A stretch of 64,000 nt of DNA from Elusimicrobiota bacterium (GTDB lineage: Bacteria > Elusimicrobiota > Elusimicrobia > UBA1565 > JACRDR01). This document shows positions 1-9,941 of this stretch, one piece after another; position 1 is the stretch's first letter; each line of letters opens with the position of its first letter. A program made the translations under genes and the position numbers. The notes under the pieces were generated by a model. It made no database searches and had not been told where the DNA came from. It saw nothing but the letters and a program-made list of their open reading frames with translations. The stretch lies in NCBI GenBank assembly GCA_041694815.1, contig JBGFSC010000010.1, positions 64,001 to 128,000 on the forward strand. Reading direction: 5' to 3'.

Positions 1-1812
1 CGCCTTGAGCGCCTCGCGATAGGCCCATAAGGCCTTGTCGAGCTGATCGGAGCGGGCGTAGGCGTTGCCCAACTCGTAATTGGCGTTCACATCCCTGGGA
101 TGCCAGCGGTAGGCCGCTTCCAGCCGCTGCAGCGATTCCATCAGGCGGCCCGAACGCGCGAGCTTAAAACCCTGGAAGAAGTGGACCTCCCGGTTCCATT
201 GCCGCCACCAAAGCCGCCCCCCCCAGCAGGCCGTGGCCAGCACGAGCAGGGCGACCGCCGCCGACGCCGCGCGGGACGGCCTCCAGGAGCGCCATGCCTT
301 TTCCTCCGGTTGGTCCGGCGCGGCGCCCACGGCGATGCCCGCCTGCCACCAGAGCAGGAAGGCGGGCACGGCGAAATGCATCGAGACGTTGAGGAGATTG
401 TCGACCCACATGCCCGCCACCGCGCTGGCCGCCGCCCACTGCCAGACCTGGCGCTCCTTGCGCCGGTGCCAGCGCCAAGCGCAGAAAGCGAAGACGCACC
501 ACAACCACGCCTGAACGCCCAGGCCCAGCACGCCGGTCTGGGAGAATATCTCGAGAACCTCGTTGTGGCAATTGTTGGCGTGAGTCCGCAAGCCGCTAAA
601 AGCGGGGATATTGAGGAGGCAGCCCTGATAGAAGGGGTAGAAGAGCTCGAAGAGCCCCCATCCCTTGCCGAGCAGCCAGTTCTCCTGCCCCATCAGCCAG
701 GAGGCCGACCAAATCAGCAGACGCTGGTACAGCGGGCTGTAGGGAGACGTCTCGACGGCGGTCCAGATCGTGGAGAGCTCCTGGACGCGTTCGATCACGG
801 TGGGCGTGCTGGGAGCGCTCAGGCTTTTCGGCCAGAACGGGATGAGAAGCAGCGCCAGGCAGATGACGGTCCCGTGTCCCTGGAGATTCCCGCGCAACTT
901 AGCGCGGATGGCCGGAGAAAGGAAAAGCAGCGCCACCGCCGCTATGGCCCCGGCCCACGAGGAGCGCGTCAGGCTGCACAAAAGGCAGGCCTCGAGCGTC
1001 AGGAAGACGGCGGCGTATGTCGCCCGAGCCCAGCGCGTCGGGGCGTAAAAATAATAAGCCAGGGCCACTGGCATGAGCAGGACCATGTACGAAGACATGA
1101 AATTGGGATTTCCAAAGGTGGATACCGAGCGCCCCCCGTAGGGGTTGAGCACCTTGGGCCAGATCCACTCGACGTTGAAGTACTGGAACACCCCGTAGAG
1201 CGAGGAAAGGAACCCGGCGACCAGCGCCAGGTGCCAGAAGGCGTGCATGCCGCCGGCGCGGGTCCAGGCGACGGCGATTCCGACGCCGGCGAGCCACAGG
1301 AAGGCCCCGTACGGGTCCCAGCAGCGCGTCCAAGGGTCCCAGGCGCCGGAAGACGGCGACTTCAAGGACGAATACAGCGCCCAGCCCAGCGCCCAGGCCA
1401 GGGCGAAGGCCGCCCATCGCGTGGGCTGGGCCGGCGATTCCTCGCGGGGGTTTCGGGAGATGAGCACCGCGGCGTAAAAAGGCACGAGCGTATTGACGAT
1501 CGTAAAGAGAAAGACGCGCAGGCCCTCGGCCTTGATCGCGTCCCGGAAAAACGGCATATGCCCGAAATACGAGAGCGTCCAAGTGACGGCGCATACCGTC
1601 AGCCAGCAGGCGAGCGGTAAGTCCAGCGCCGTTTTCGGGAAGCGCCAGTCGCCATGGCTAAGTCCCGAGCACGCGTAGGCGGCGCAGGCGGCTAGCAGGA
1701 AAACATTGAGAAGGGCGATTTGCGTGAAATAGGGGTTGCGCGTCAAGTCTGTGAAGAACAGCAGGGGGCAGACGAAGTGGCAGGCGGCCAGAAGGGCGGT
1801 AAAGGCGGTCAA
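1..1812 (-). CDS. O-antigen ligase (Wzy_C) family membrane protein with C-terminal TPR, partial (runs off the window start)
   Basis: Read manually, absent from the ORF track. TTG at 1812 overlaps the upstream TGA. Many hydrophobic segments plus motifs VSTFGNPNF, QRLLIWSASW..GKGWG, RTHANNCHNEVLE, and TPR-like YELGNAYARSDQLDKALWAYREAL. Confidence 0.8.
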   Translation of the reverse strand, partial: MTAFTALLAACHFVCPLLFFTDLTRNPYFTQIALLNVFLLAACAAYACSGLSHGDWRFPKTALDLPLACWLTVCAVTWTLSYFGHMPFFRDAIKAEGLRVFLFTIVNTLVPFYAAVLISRNPREESPAQPTRWAAFALAWALGWALYSSLKSPSSGAWDPWTRCWDPYGAFLWLAGVGIAVAWTRAGGMHAFWHLALVAGFLSSLYGVFQYFNVEWIWPKVLNPYGGRSVSTFGNPNFMSSYMVLLMPVALAYYFYAPTRWARATYAAVFLTLEACLLCSLTRSSWAGAIAAVALLFLSPAIRAKLRGNLQGHGTVICLALLLIPFWPKSLSAPSTPTVIERVQELSTIWTAVETSPYSPLYQRLLIWSASWLMGQENWLLGKGWGLFELFYPFYQGCLLNIPAFSGLRTHANNCHNEVLEIFSQTGVLGLGVQAWLWCVFAFCAWRWHRRKERQVWQWAAASAVAGMWVDNLLNVSMHFAVPAFLLWWQAGIAVGAAPDQPEEKAWRSWRPSRAASAAVALLVLATACWGGRLWWRQWNREVHFFQGFKLARSGRLMESLQRLEAAYRWHPRDVNANYELGNAYARSDQLDKALWAYREALKA

Positions 1813-4286
1813 CGCTTCGGGGGAACGGCGCGTAAGCGGCTCTGGACTACCTCAAGGTTACGGGCCGCCGTCGCGGCCTGAGGGTCGAGCTCCAAGGCGC
1901 GCTGGTAGGCCTTCTGCGCCTCGGGAAGGCGCCCGGCCATGAACAAGGCATTGGCGAGATGCGTGTAGCCCTCCGCCCAATAATCGTGCCGATGCACCCA
2001 CAGGCCATCGATATTGGTGTATCTTTGATAAGAGAGTATGGTCCTGCGCAGGAAGTCGTTCTGCGCCAGCCATGGGACCACCTGGCATTTTTCGCCGTCG
2101 ATCTGCGCCTGGTACATTTCAATGGCCTTGTCGTACTGGCGCCGCGCCATGTAGATCTGTCCCATGCGGTAGAAGTTAGGCGGGAATATCGGGTCGAGAT
2201 TGCGGTACATCTCGAAGCGCTTCAAGGCCATGTCCCAGTCGCGCTGCCCCTCCTCCTCCCTGCCGTTGCGCATATGCCAGTCCCCGCGCTTGAGGTAGAG
2301 AACCCCTACCTGATGGTGCATTTGCACGTAGTTCGGGGCGCGGGCCCGCACCTCCTCGTATGCGGCGAAGGCGCGCTCGAAGTCGTCCCGCGCGACGTTA
2401 TCCTTGTCCCCCCAGTCGGGGTTGTATATCTTCTCCATGTTGAATCGGTCGTTGAATACGTTGCCCTTGAAATAGAACGACATCACGTAAGCCGGGTTGA
2501 GCTCGCCGACCTTGAAGTAATGGCGCAGGGCCTGCTCCCAGTTCTGCTGTTTCGAGAAAAAGATGGCGATGTTATGATAGACGTCCGCTCGGAAAAAGCC
2601 CCAGGCGAGATTGACGGGTAGCATCGTCAGGGCAATGAGCATGGGAACCAGGGCGTTCCTCGCCAAGCCAGCGATCCTGGCGAAGGCCACTCCCAAACCG
2701 AAAACACAGGCCAAAAAGCATATCCAGGAAATCCACCATTGCAGGACCTCGCCGCCCAGGGTGAGCCGGAAAAGCGGGCCCTGCAGCTCCGAGAATTGTT
2801 GAATAAGGCGGTAACCGACATAGGCAAGGCAGCCCCAAGCCCCCAGCCGAGCGGGCCACAAAAAGAAAGCGGAGAGGGATTGGAGCAGCCCTTCCCCTGG
2901 AGGGGCTGCGAGAGGGGCTGCGGGAGGGACCGCGCGGACCGCCTTGAGATCAGCCAAGGCGACGCCCCGGGAGAGATTGACCACGACCCCGGAAAGCAGG
3001 CCCAGATAGACTCCCGAGGAGACGAAACGCAGGCTGACATCGAAAAAGTTATGGGCCAGCATGCCCTGGAAGGCGACCAGGAATCCCAGGAGCTCGTAGG
3101 CGCGCGGTGGAGCCCGCTGGCCGGCAATGAGCCCCCTCGTCCAGTTCGACAGGGCGCGATAGGCGACGGCCCAGGTGCTCAGCATCAGCCAGAGGAAAAT
3201 CCCGAAACCCAATATCCCCTCGTCGAAAAGAACCTCGAGGAATTCGTTTTCGGCATGGTCGGTCTCGGTATTATGCTTACCCTCGATATGGAAGATCGGA
3301 GGCCGGCGGAAGGCCGGATAAATCACCCAAAAGCTGCCCAGCCCCGTGCCGATAAGGGGCTGGGTCATGATCATCTCCCAGGTGGCTTCCCATGTGAACA
3401 ACCGGAAATTGACGGAGGTGAAGCTTCCCTGCAGCTTGATCCAGACCGCGACCAGCGCGGCGGCGAACACCGCGGCCATCCCGCAGACGATCCGCCGCCA
3501 ATACTGCAGCAGGGTCTGACGATCGAAAAAGAACAGATAGGTTCCCACGTACAGGATGCCGGTGATGGCCAAGGCGATCCAGGCGCCCTTGGTCTGGGTC
3601 CCGTATATGACGAAGAGGTGGATGCCCATCAGCACGAGCAGCTTCAGCTCGCGGCTTTTCAGGAATTGGCTGAAAATGATGGGCAGCATCAGCACCAGGA
3701 AGTCCGCCAGGAAATTGGGATTGCCGTAGGTCGAGAAGACGCGCGCGCTGAAGGCATGACGCCAAATGAACGGATCGATCCCCTTGCCGATCCCCGGCGG
3801 GAAGAAGTAGATGTCGACCCACTGGAGGAGGCCGTAGCCGGCGCTAATCCACGCGCTTAAGATCAAAAAGCGCACCAGCCGTCTGATGGCGCGTTCGTCG
3901 AACTCCCGGATCACGATGAGCGGGACGGTCATATAGAAGATCCGTCGGAGGAAGAAATCGGTGGAGGACCAGTGGTAGGGGGCGTGTATGAAGGAGAACA
4001 CGCCGTAGGCCAGCGATGCCAGGAAGGGGGCCAAGCAGAGCAGGTCGTCCTTCGAAAAGGCGGAGAAAAGCCCTTCTTCGAGCAGGCGGCAGAGCCAGAG
4101 CGCGATGAGGCTGACCCCTCCCATCTGGACCAGGGTGATCTTGACCTGGGCGGAGTCGTAGGTGCGCAGATAAAAGGCGTCGGAGACGAGCAGGTAGAGG
4201 ACCGGGAGCCACCAGAGGATGGCCTTGCGTGAAAAAGCGATGCAATCGCTGCTGGAAATCGCGGAGTCGAATTTCTGCGCCTTCAC
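1809..4286 (-). CDS. O-antigen ligase (Wzy_C) family membrane protein with C-terminal TPR repeats
   Basis: Motifs VFSTYGNPNFLA, TQTKGAWIAL, FRLFTWEATWEMI..PLIGTGLG, DHAENEFLE; TPRs such as HLANALFMAGRLPEAQKAYQRALELDP. Start taken as GTG 4286 (the ORF extends to 4334). Confidence 0.85.
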   Translation of the reverse strand: MKAQKFDSAISSSDCIAFSRKAILWWLPVLYLLVSDAFYLRTYDSAQVKITLVQMGGVSLIALWLCRLLEEGLFSAFSKDDLLCLAPFLASLAYGVFSFIHAPYHWSSTDFFLRRIFYMTVPLIVIREFDERAIRRLVRFLILSAWISAGYGLLQWVDIYFFPPGIGKGIDPFIWRHAFSARVFSTYGNPNFLADFLVLMLPIIFSQFLKSRELKLLVLMGIHLFVIYGTQTKGAWIALAITGILYVGTYLFFFDRQTLLQYWRRIVCGMAAVFAAALVAVWIKLQGSFTSVNFRLFTWEATWEMIMTQPLIGTGLGSFWVIYPAFRRPPIFHIEGKHNTETDHAENEFLEVLFDEGILGFGIFLWLMLSTWAVAYRALSNWTRGLIAGQRAPPRAYELLGFLVAFQGMLAHNFFDVSLRFVSSGVYLGLLSGVVVNLSRGVALADLKAVRAVPPAAPLAAPPGEGLLQSLSAFFLWPARLGAWGCLAYVGYRLIQQFSELQGPLFRLTLGGEVLQWWISWICFLACVFGLGVAFARIAGLARNALVPMLIALTMLPVNLAWGFFRADVYHNIAIFFSKQQNWEQALRHYFKVGELNPAYVMSFYFKGNVFNDRFNMEKIYNPDWGDKDNVARDDFERAFAAYEEVRARAPNYVQMHHQVGVLYLKRGDWHMRNGREEEGQRDWDMALKRFEMYRNLDPIFPPNFYRMGQIYMARRQYDKAIEMYQAQIDGEKCQVVPWLAQNDFLRRTILSYQRYTNIDGLWVHRHDYWAEGYTHLANALFMAGRLPEAQKAYQRALELDPQAATAARNLEVVQSRLRAVPPKR

Positions 4287-4378
4287 CCGAACGTCATCAT
4301 ATAAAATAAAAGGCGTCAAAATAGGAAGCGCCAAGCCGCTGGCACCCGCCCCGCTTTCCTGTTATCCTCCTCTATAAG

Positions 4379-5821
4379 GTGAAGCTCGCCATACAACTCA
4401 GCGTGGTGCTGTGCGCGCTCATCTTGCTGATCGTCTGCGGCACTCTGTGGAGCAGCCATCGCTCCGAACGCCGGCACTTGGAGGAGAGCCAGGACAATTT
4501 CGTCCTGGCCGGCCTCCGGGCGCTTTCCGAAGCCTGCCAAAGGCCGCTGGAAGAACAGCCGCGCTGCCTCCAAGCCCTTCATTTCTTCGTCCGAATGAGC
4601 CCTTCTCAAGCCTTCAAGCAGGTACTGCTCCTGGACCATCGCTCCCGGGTAATCGTCGACAGCCGCGCCCTCTCGGGCGAGCGGGGGCTTCGGGGCGCGC
4701 TCCTGGAGGCCGGCTACCTGCGGCAGATGCAGAGCCGGCGCGAGCCTCAAATCCTCAAAAACGTCATGCAGGACGATGCCTTGCGCCGCATGTACTCCAT
4801 TCCCGTCGCCCTCCCGGAAGGAGTGGGAACGCTCCTGGCCATCTTCGACGAAAGGTCGCTGCGAGGGAATCTCGGCTGGCTCGATCAGGACGCCCGGCGA
4901 CGCTTGCTGCAAGTAGGACTCATGGGCGTCGGGTTCGGCATCCTTTTCTCCGTGCTGTGGGTGCTCTACTGCCTGGCTCCCCTGCATGCCCTCGTCGGCG
5001 CGGCTCGGCGGGTCGCGGCCGGGGATTTCGCCAGCCGAGTGCCGGAAGGGCGCGACGACGAGCTAGGGCATGTCGCGGCGGAGTTTAACCGCATGGCCCG
5101 GCGCCTCCAGGAGCTCGATGACATGAAGGACCGGTTCATGGCCCAGATCACCCACGACCTGCGCAATCCCCTGATGGCGATGATCGGCTACGCCGAGTTG
5201 TCGCTCGGAGGCTACCGCGGGGCCCTCACCCCCGAGCAAACGGAAAGCCTCCAGGTGATCGCGCGCAACGGCTCGGCATTGGCCGACCTCATCAACAATA
5301 TCCTTGACGTCAGCAAGCTCGAGTCCAAGCGCATGAATTTCTCGCCCACGGCCATGGATCTTCGCCACGAGATTGATTCCGTCCTCGAGCTTCTCAAGGT
5401 CCGGGCCGACCAATACAAGATACGCCTCGAGTCCCAGCTCGCGCCGGACGCCGTGGAAGCTTACGCCGATCCACAGGCCTTCCGGCGCGTGCTCACCAAC
5501 CTCGTCTCCAACGCCCTCAAATTCACGCCCGAGGGAGGCCGGGTGCTCGTGGGCGCCGCGCGGCCCAAGCCCGGGGAAATCTCCATCTCCGTATCGGATA
5601 GCGGGATCGGGATTCCGCCGGATCGACTCGGCGACTTGTTCAAGAAGTTCTCCCAAATCCCGGAAACCAGAAATAAGGTCCGTCCCTCCGGGGGAACCGG
5701 CTTGGGCTTGGTCATCTGCAAGGAGATCGTGGAGGCCCACGGAGGCCGCATCGGGGTCAAGAGCCCCCCAGGGGAGGGCGCCACGTTTTTCTTTTCCCTT
5801 CCCGAGAAAGCCCCCGCTTAA
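4379..5821 (+). CDS. Membrane sensor histidine kinase (HAMP-HisKA-HATPase)
   Basis: Two TM helices, HAMP (DELGHVAAEFNRMA), H-box THDLRNPL, N-box NLVSNALKF, G-boxes DSGIGI and GTGLGL. Confidence 0.93.
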   Translation: MKLAIQLSVVLCALILLIVCGTLWSSHRSERRHLEESQDNFVLAGLRALSEACQRPLEEQPRCLQALHFFVRMSPSQAFKQVLLLDHRSRVIVDSRALSGERGLRGALLEAGYLRQMQSRREPQILKNVMQDDALRRMYSIPVALPEGVGTLLAIFDERSLRGNLGWLDQDARRRLLQVGLMGVGFGILFSVLWVLYCLAPLHALVGAARRVAAGDFASRVPEGRDDELGHVAAEFNRMARRLQELDDMKDRFMAQITHDLRNPLMAMIGYAELSLGGYRGALTPEQTESLQVIARNGSALADLINNILDVSKLESKRMNFSPTAMDLRHEIDSVLELLKVRADQYKIRLESQLAPDAVEAYADPQAFRRVLTNLVSNALKFTPEGGRVLVGAARPKPGEISISVSDSGIGIPPDRLGDLFKKFSQIPETRNKVRPSGGTGLGLVICKEIVEAHGGRIGVKSPPGEGATFFFSLPEKAPA

Positions 5822-6207
5822 GGAAAGCGCCTTTCGATCGTCTGCGACCAACGACCCAGGGACTCGCCTTCGGCGCTCAAGTGCAGGCTTAGGCGGCGGT
5901 CCCAACGCCAAGTCCCTTCTCCATTCAGCGAGATATCTCCCTTGCCTTCGAAACGCAGCGCGCCGCGTCCCCGCAGCAAGGAGAATGGATCGATCCTCCA
6001 ACGGATGTCGCAAAGCCTCCTTCTAGGAGAGCCGAAGAGCAGATCCGCCCGCCCGTCCCAAAAACCGCCCTTGGCGTCCGCTAGCGCCACCGCGCCGCCA
6101 GCGGCGCGCCCCACCGCTACGGCCATCAAGTCCGCAGGAGCGCGAACGACGAGGCTCGCCAGATAAACAACAGCGGCGGCGAGCGTCCACGCGATTCTTC
6201 CCTTCAT
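5818..6207 (-). CDS. gspN: Type II secretion protein N-like (short, 129 aa)
   Basis: Last gene of the gsp operon; ATGA overlap with gspM; N-terminal TM followed by RAPA and GGFWDG, resembling the GspN N-terminus. Confidence 0.6.
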   Translation of the reverse strand: MKGRIAWTLAAAVVYLASLVVRAPADLMAVAVGRAAGGAVALADAKGGFWDGRADLLFGSPRRRLCDIRWRIDPFSLLRGRGALRFEGKGDISLNGEGTWRWDRRLSLHLSAEGESLGRWSQTIERRFP

Positions 6208-6620
6208 ATCAGGCGCAGCCGGACGTTGACCTTTCCGCTTTCGGGGTGACGCTCGAAGGCGGCTTGGCGGACTTCGATTCCTGCGGTCCGCAGATCCTCG
6301 AGCCAACGGAGCACGGCCTCGAAGGGGACCGCCTCCAAGACCGCCGAAACGGAGGAATCGCTCTCCAGGGCGATGCTAGAGATTTGCTGACGCACGCCGC
6401 GCCGCCGGGCCGACGCCTCCATCGTCGCAACGAAATCCGAAGCGCGCGCGGACGTCGAGGCCCTCAGGGCCTTTATTTTGCCGGCCTGCAGGCGCATCGT
6501 CACGAGCTTGGCTCTGGCCTCGAGCATTTCCCGCCGCAAGCGGTCGAGGCGCCATCGCATGGGCAAGGCCGACAAAAGCCCAATCGCCCCCGCGGCGGCG
6601 AACGCCCATCCCGCCTTCAT
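6204..6620 (-). CDS. gspM: Type II secretion protein M
   Basis: Follows gspL; TM, coiled coil, then VPFEAVLRWLEDL and GKVNVRLRL. Confidence 0.8.
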   Translation of the reverse strand: MKAGWAFAAAGAIGLLSALPMRWRLDRLRREMLEARAKLVTMRLQAGKIKALRASTSARASDFVATMEASARRRGVRQQISSIALESDSSVSAVLEAVPFEAVLRWLEDLRTAGIEVRQAAFERHPESGKVNVRLRLI

Positions 6621-7702
6621 GGCTCGATGGGGCGAATGCGCAATCGCCCCTCCACGACGCCGCCGCGCCCGTCGGCCGCCAGGACCTCCGAGCGCAGCCC
6701 GCGCTCGGAGAGAGCGCGGGAAGCCGCCTCCATCGACTGGAAATCGGGAAAAGTCGAGACGATCAGCAAGGAGCCGTCGGCGTATTCAATCGAGTTCACA
6801 CGGCCGGAGCCCAAGGCCGCGGTCGATCGCGCCAAGAGCGGCAGCAACCCGTGCGCCGCGCCCGGGGACTTGCGTCGCAGCTCCTGCCAGCCCCGCTCCA
6901 TCTGCAGCGCGGGATCGACGACGGCGCGCGTCTGACCAAAGGCCTTGCGGAATTCCGCGAGCATCTCCCGACGGCACGCGCGCAGGCGCCGAGCCGAACG
7001 ACCCCATTCGAAGGCGCCCATGCAGAAGGCGAGGGTAGACCACGCGGCCAATAACAACGCCGCCGGCCGCAGCCCCGCGAGGGCCGAGCTCAGTTCCGCC
7101 GGGGGCGCGAATTCCCCCTGCAGGAGGTTCAGGGGGGCCGGATTCGCCCCGCTCCAGACCGGCTCGCTTCTGAGATCCACCGCAAGCCCAAGCCGGACGC
7201 TCCAACGCGCGGGATCAAAGGAATCCGGGGCTTCGAACACGTCTAGCCCCTGCGGACGATCGGCCGCGCTCGAGAGCATTTTGGCCAGCAGGAAGGGGGG
7301 CCCCTCCTCCTGCCCGCGCCAGGCAAAGCCTTCGAAAGGCCCGCAGCGCCAGCAACTCTCGCCGCCGCCGAAGCCCACGCTCCAGCGGCCCGGGCGCGAC
7401 GGGAGCGCGAGGGCGGAGGGGCAGAGGACGCGCGGCTGTATTCCCTTTTCGCCGAGCTGCCCCAGCCACCGGCGCAAGAGATCTCGGCGGATGACGGCAA
7501 AAGCCAATTCATTTTCGCCCAGGACCTTGAAGCTGAAATGGAGCTGAGCGGCGTCCTGAAGCAGCGATTCCTCCAAAGCGAAGGGGAGGGCGCCGACGAG
7601 CTTGGCGCGCGAGCGCGTGGGGATGCGGACTCGGCCCATGAAAACGTCGGCCGTGGGACACCAATACTGCCCCGCGAGATCCGGTCCTTTAATGACTTCC
7701 AT
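6617..7702 (-). CDS. gspL: Type II secretion protein L
   Basis: ALPFALEESL, PSALALP, NLLQGEF, single TM, VVDPALQM. Start chosen at ATG 7702. Confidence 0.88.
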   Translation of the reverse strand: MEVIKGPDLAGQYWCPTADVFMGRVRIPTRSRAKLVGALPFALEESLLQDAAQLHFSFKVLGENELAFAVIRRDLLRRWLGQLGEKGIQPRVLCPSALALPSRPGRWSVGFGGGESCWRCGPFEGFAWRGQEEGPPFLLAKMLSSAADRPQGLDVFEAPDSFDPARWSVRLGLAVDLRSEPVWSGANPAPLNLLQGEFAPPAELSSALAGLRPAALLLAAWSTLAFCMGAFEWGRSARRLRACRREMLAEFRKAFGQTRAVVDPALQMERGWQELRRKSPGAAHGLLPLLARSTAALGSGRVNSIEYADGSLLIVSTFPDFQSMEAASRALSERGLRSEVLAADGRGGVVEGRLRIRPIEP

Positions 7703-8531
7703 GAACCACCCAATGGATCTTCGCCCCTTTCGCCTCGGCGGAACGTTCCGCAAGGCCCATCGAACGCCTCAAGGCCCGATTGAGCCGGGTCTGGGCCTCG
7801 ATTAGGAAAAAATCCGTTCGGACCCCGTAGACGCCCTCGCTTTCCGGGGCCCTGCCCGCGCGCATGATGAATTGGGCCTTGTTCGAGAAGGGCTCACGGC
7901 TCCGAGCGGCGAGCAATTGGGCGAGGCGCTGCTCGGAGGTCCCGGCGAAAAGCGCCGCCAAGAGCCGAGGTTCGGCCGTGTTTACGTTGACCTCGGTTGG
8001 CCGAGGAAGGGCGATGAGCAGCGGGCGCAGGCGGCGCATCGCCTCCTCGTCGGCTCCGATCTCGCGCAGCTCCTCGGGGCTTTTGAGGCTACCTCTCTCC
8101 TGCAGCATCGAGAATGCTGCCTCCGTCAAGGCCGCGGGAACCCCCGCGGCCTGCGTCAAACGCGCGAATACCCGCGCGTCGGCGGCGCTGCGCCCGCCTC
8201 CGCGGAGCAGGCTGTTGAGATTGAAACGCGCCTGCGCGTCCCGCAGCCGCAGCGTCGTTTGGGCGCCCGGGATCTCGAGCGGGAACTCCCCAGTCCAGCG
8301 CCTAGCCCTCTGATCCAGGTCGCCATCCTCCTTTTCGCCGACAAGGCGTGCGGCCGCCCAACGGATGGCCGAGAGATTGCATAGGTCGGCCTGCAGGCGG
8401 TCCCTAACGTTTTCCACCCGGCGCATCCAGAGCCATTGCGACCAGCTCAGGCCGGAGGCCACGACGGAGACCACCGCCACCGTCAAGAGCGCCGGAATCA
8501 ACGCGACGCCGGCGTTGTTAACATCGTTCAT
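7689..8531 (-). CDS. gspK: Type II secretion minor pseudopilin K
   Basis: GVALIPALL prepilin-like N-terminus, DAQARFNLNSL, VNVNTA. Confidence 0.88.
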   Translation of the reverse strand: MNDVNNAGVALIPALLTVAVVSVVASGLSWSQWLWMRRVENVRDRLQADLCNLSAIRWAAARLVGEKEDGDLDQRARRWTGEFPLEIPGAQTTLRLRDAQARFNLNSLLRGGGRSAADARVFARLTQAAGVPAALTEAAFSMLQERGSLKSPEELREIGADEEAMRRLRPLLIALPRPTEVNVNTAEPRLLAALFAGTSEQRLAQLLAARSREPFSNKAQFIMRAGRAPESEGVYGVRTDFFLIEAQTRLNRALRRSMGLAERSAEAKGAKIHWVVHGSH

Positions 8532-9109
8532 GGCATCGGCGCCAACTGCCGCCTAAATTCCCCGCGGCCGCCCATGTCGACGGTGATCTCGATGCGCGCT
8601 GGGAGTTCCTCCAATCCGCTCTCGACGGCCGCAGGCGGCCAGCGGTCGCAAGCCATTCCCGAAGAGGATCGGAAGCGAAGCCTGAAATTCGACACGCCCG
8701 AAAGCAGGGGAACGGGCCTGACGCGAAGAATCGAGGCGCGTTCGGCCAGCGGCAGGGACGCCCGCCAGAGCGTTCCCTCGCTTAAACGAAACGCCACGCG
8801 TTCGAGTCCCGGGGAATCGGAGGCTTCGAGCGGGGCTCGCCACCTCGTTAATTCCAGCTCGCCCCCCTCGGCCAGCAGCGCGGCTCTCCGGCGGCCATCG
8901 GGACCGCGGACGGAGCGCGGACAGGCCTGGCCGACATCTTCTTGCAGGCGCAGGAGCGCGGCGGAAAGGGAGTTCCAAAAGCGCCGCTCCTCTTCGAGGC
9001 GGTCGCGGCAGGCCAGCGCCCGGCCCAAGGCCGCGTACGACATGCTCGAGACGAGGGCGAAGACGCCCACGGCCACCATCATCTCCAAGAGGGTGAATCC
9101 GCGCCTCAC
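8528..9109 (-). CDS. gspJ: Type II secretion minor pseudopilin J
   Basis: GTG start overlapping the gspI stop; RRGFTLLEMMVA methylation motif; LERVAFRL. Confidence 0.88.
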   Translation of the reverse strand: MRRGFTLLEMMVAVGVFALVSSMSYAALGRALACRDRLEEERRFWNSLSAALLRLQEDVGQACPRSVRGPDGRRRAALLAEGGELELTRWRAPLEASDSPGLERVAFRLSEGTLWRASLPLAERASILRVRPVPLLSGVSNFRLRFRSSSGMACDRWPPAAVESGLEELPARIEITVDMGGRGEFRRQLAPMP

Positions 9110-9468
9110 GGACCCCTCCAAACCAGGCCGCTCAACGAGGCTAGGACGGGGGCCTCGCGCCCCGAACGGACCTCGACCGTCAAGACCGCCAAGGGCCCGG
9201 TGCCCGAAGGAACGCTCCGGACGCGGCAGCTCCAATCGCGCCCTCCCCAGGCGAAAACGCTATCTACAGAGGCCGGCCCGGAGCCTTCCGCCTGGCGGCC
9301 CCAGAGCTCCTCGGCCACCCAGACCGCCATGGCGCGCTCGCGGAGAGCGGCGCTTAAGTCGATCGCCTGCAGGAGGGCTCCCAATAACGCCGACAATGCG
9401 ATGGCCAGCACCGCCAAGGAGACCAACACTTCCAGCAAGGTGAACCCCCGAACCCTCACGCGGCGCAT
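9106..9468 (-). CDS. gspI: Type II secretion minor pseudopilin I
   Basis: RGFTLLEVLVSLAVLA; A.WVAE motif; operon position. Confidence 0.87.
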   Translation of the reverse strand: MRRVRVRGFTLLEVLVSLAVLAIALSALLGALLQAIDLSAALRERAMAVWVAEELWGRQAEGSGPASVDSVFAWGGRDWSCRVRSVPSGTGPLAVLTVEVRSGREAPVLASLSGLVWRGP

Positions 9469-9941
9469 CGGCTGAGCAGGGCCTCCCCTCCCGGGCCGAC
9501 GTCGATCCTCCACCCATGGCCCTCGCGGCTCACGCAAAAGCCGAAGGAGAAGGCACCGTCCGGGGATAGAACCAGCCTTCCGACATCCGGCACGGAACTC
9601 TCGGCGGGCCATCGGCGTCCTTTCCACGGAGCGTCCCTAAGACGCTCAAACGTTCCCTTCTCCGTCATAACCTCGAAGTGGTACTCGGACGCATCCAGCA
9701 CCAGGGCCAAGGGCCTACCAAGAATCGCCGCCTCCGACGCTGCCGCCTCGATCAAGGCTGCCAGGCGCTCGGCCTCCTCGCGCAGCGGGTCTCTGCGATA
9801 GTCGAAGGAAACGAGCGCGAACAGAACTCCCATGATGGCGAGCACGGCGAGCAGCTCGATCAAGGTAAATCCTCCTGACCCATCGACGCCACCCGCGCCC
9901 GCCTTTTTAAGGGTCAAGATCCCAAGAGCCGATATCGGCAT
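9456..9941 (-). CDS. gspH: Type II secretion minor pseudopilin H
   Basis: GFTLIELLAVLAIMG; REEAERLAALI. Start uncertain. Confidence 0.82.
   Translation of the reverse strand: MPISALGILTLKKAGAGGVDGSGGFTLIELLAVLAIMGVLFALVSFDYRRDPLREEAERLAALIEAAASEAAILGRPLALVLDASEYHFEVMTEKGTFERLRDAPWKGRRWPAESSVPDVGRLVLSPDGAFSFGFCVSREGHGWRIDVGPGGEALLSRCAA

Noticed and set aside
100..1620. 506-aa plus-strand ORF
   Set aside because: Antisense shadow of the minus-strand O-antigen-ligase/TPR gene; Arg/Gly/Pro-rich with no motifs, typical of high-GC DNA.
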